Assembly (NCBI GenBank): GCA_049323655.1
Contig: JBMONO010000034.1
Span: 113,653-177,652 of the forward strand
Direction: 5' to 3'
DNA from: Thermodesulfobacteriota bacterium
Lineage (GTDB): Bacteria > Desulfobacterota > Desulfobulbia > Desulfobulbales > SURF-16
DNA length: 64,000 bases
The stretch's first letter is position 1; the number at the start of each line of letters is the position of its first letter. Under the pieces are notes generated by a model that did not search any database, was not told the DNA's origin, and saw only the letters and a program-made list of their open reading frames with translations. Shown piece after piece: positions 62,420 to 64,000 of this stretch. The translations under genes were made by a program, and so were the position numbers.

Positions 62420-63919
62420 GTGGTGGGGTTCAGCGTGAAGAAAAAAAATTTTTATGTGCTCGGCGGCGCTGGTGTTCTCCTGCTGACGATTCCTCCTGCG
62501 CTTGCCCAGGCGCGGCAGACGATGCTTGCCGGCAGCGTTGCCATGGGGCAGGAGTATGACTCGAATATTTTCGAGGAGGACCGTGACCGGCAGGGGCGCT
62601 GGGTCAGTTCGCTGGCGCCGGCGCTCACTCTGACCAGTGAAGGCGAGCAGGACATCCTCTCTCTAGCCGTTAATTCCGATCTGAGCTGGGACCAGCGCCT
62701 CGATGATCATGATTTCAGCCATGGCCTGGCCCTCTCTCTCAGCCGGGAAATTTCCCAGCGCCTGAAAGTCAACCTGACCAATAATTATTCCTATAACGAC
62801 ATGGCGCCGGAGCGGGACATGGAGCCCGATCTCAGTCTGAACCGCCGCTTCCAGCGGGCGGATGCCTATGCCCAGACCGAGGTTGCCCGACTACTCTTCC
62901 CCGAGTTCGACTATGACCCGGACCGGCATTATCTTCAGGTTTTGGCCGAGCTCGACAGGCGCTATGACCAGGCCGCTCCTGCGGTTCAGCTGCAGGTGGA
63001 TCGCTATCTTTCCAATACCGACAGCCGGCGGCGACAGTGGGACAACGAACTGGCCGTGGGGGCGGAATACGAGTTTGCCAGGGACAGCATCATCAGTCTG
63101 GGATATCGCTATTTTGTGAATGACGACAGAACGTCGGGGTTGGAAGGGGTGGCGCGGGGCGGCGGTTATTTTGATGAGTATGACGAACATTCCCCCTATG
63201 TCGGTCTGTCCTACCGTTTCAACCCGCAATGGGCCGCCTCGATCCATTACCAGTTCACCAAGGCCCAGCATGACGTGGCCAGCGATCTGACCGAGAACGA
63301 TACCCTGTTGAACCTCGATTATACCGTAAGCCAGACGGACCGCTTCAGCGCCTCCTATGGCTGGATCACCTCCCGTTACACCGGTCTGCAGGACGACATG
63401 GACGAACAGACCGCGATGCTGGCCTGGAATCATGATTTCAATCCCCGGCTGCGCCTGACGACTTCCCTGGACGGCAGCTATCTTGCCCGGGAGGATCTCT
63501 CTGGCGATGAACGGGAATTCGGTCTTGATGTCGGTTTGTCCCGTCTCCTGCAACGGGGAAGCCTCGCCATCCGGGCTGAGGCGACCATGGCCGAGGCCAA
63601 GGAGGAGGGCTCGTGGGACGATCTCCGCCAGAGCTGGGGTCTGGACGGGGCAATCACCTGGAACCTGCGGGAGAATCTGACCGGCAGCGTCACTGCCGCC
63701 TATGAAAAACGGTACCAGTGGCAGCTGGTCGGTGACAAGGCGACCTATGACGATTACGAAGCGGGCATTGGCCTCAGCTATACATTCTGGCGCTGGTTTT
63801 CCCTCTCCTGCCGGTATACCTACAGCACCCTGGACAGCAGCACCGATCTGATCCCTGATTATCACGAGCATCTCGTTGTCGTCTCCCTGTCGGCGGCAAA
63901 GGAACTGATGCGCTGGTAG
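62420..63919 (+). CDS. Putative outer-membrane beta-barrel protein of the exopolysaccharide locus
   Basis: Signal peptide ending ALAQA. Alternating-polarity strands rich in Y/D/S/L. C-terminal aromatic residue (W). Position next to the wza-like gene. Confidence 0.5.
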   Translation: MVGFSVKKKNFYVLGGAGVLLLTIPPALAQARQTMLAGSVAMGQEYDSNIFEEDRDRQGRWVSSLAPALTLTSEGEQDILSLAVNSDLSWDQRLDDHDFSHGLALSLSREISQRLKVNLTNNYSYNDMAPERDMEPDLSLNRRFQRADAYAQTEVARLLFPEFDYDPDRHYLQVLAELDRRYDQAAPAVQLQVDRYLSNTDSRRRQWDNELAVGAEYEFARDSIISLGYRYFVNDDRTSGLEGVARGGGYFDEYDEHSPYVGLSYRFNPQWAASIHYQFTKAQHDVASDLTENDTLLNLDYTVSQTDRFSASYGWITSRYTGLQDDMDEQTAMLAWNHDFNPRLRLTTSLDGSYLAREDLSGDEREFGLDVGLSRLLQRGSLAIRAEATMAEAKEEGSWDDLRQSWGLDGAITWNLRENLTGSVTAAYEKRYQWQLVGDKATYDDYEAGIGLSYTFWRWFSLSCRYTYSTLDSSTDLIPDYHEHLVVVSLSAAKELMRW

Positions 63920-64000
63920 GACAGGGTTTCACCCTTTCCGCATCTGCGGCGACATCACGACAATCATCTTATGGAACAACAGCAGCGTCAGCTCATCAAG

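Noticed and set aside
62891-63871. 326-aa minus-strand ORF opposite the beta-barrel gene.
   Set aside because: It is a shadow frame. The plus-strand product has a signal peptide, a beta-strand pattern and a C-terminal aromatic residue.

Overview
GC-rich, gene-dense chromosomal window. From gene content I infer a sulfur-metabolising Desulfobacterota, probably Desulfobulbales-like. All protein names come from motifs I recognised by eye; no database search was possible.

Gene content in order:
- F1 ATP synthase genes atpH(partial)-A-G-D-C
- cheX-like gene and a gltD/nfnB-like oxidoreductase
- a 10-gene type II secretion / type IV pilus-like cluster (gspE-F, four minor pseudopilins, L/M/C-like, lipoprotein secretin)
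- a divergent yedE / tusA-dsrE-chp1-chp2 sulfur-relay cluster (YTD type)
- REC-GAF histidine kinase, FliK-like gene, MFS transporter, TlpA-like thioredoxin, uppP, two methyltransferases around an FmdB zinc ribbon
- trkAH, mnmG, and a sensor kinase / sigma-54 regulator pair
- a large hybrid PAS kinase, a hydantoinase-family protein, an HDOD protein, an MBL hydrolase, recD2
- dsrMKJOP with small accessory genes and a rubredoxin
- a cysteine synthase fused to a CysRS-like protein
- umuDC, a DUF4139-like gene, a ygbA-like gene, tRNA-Arg(TCT), and the start of a polysaccharide-export locus

No CRISPR array, rRNA, transposase, integrase or phage genes were seen.

Most interesting observations:
1. 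A mosaic family of palindromic intergenic repeats. There are seven ~110-125 nt Z copies plus X, Y and J modules. They sit inside operons and on both sides of the tRNA.
2. A continuous CysK-CysRS fusion ORF. The CysRS half keeps its zinc/cysteine-site residues, but HIGH is replaced by NLAH and KMSKS by KMSAD.
3. The YTD-type cluster. Its last gene is a 57-aa ORF missing from the ORF track and looks like an internally deleted TusB/DsrH.
4. An unlisted 54-aa rubredoxin with an atypical C-P-C-G first knuckle.
5. Long homopolymer tracts (G11, T9C6) inside genes of the secretion cluster.
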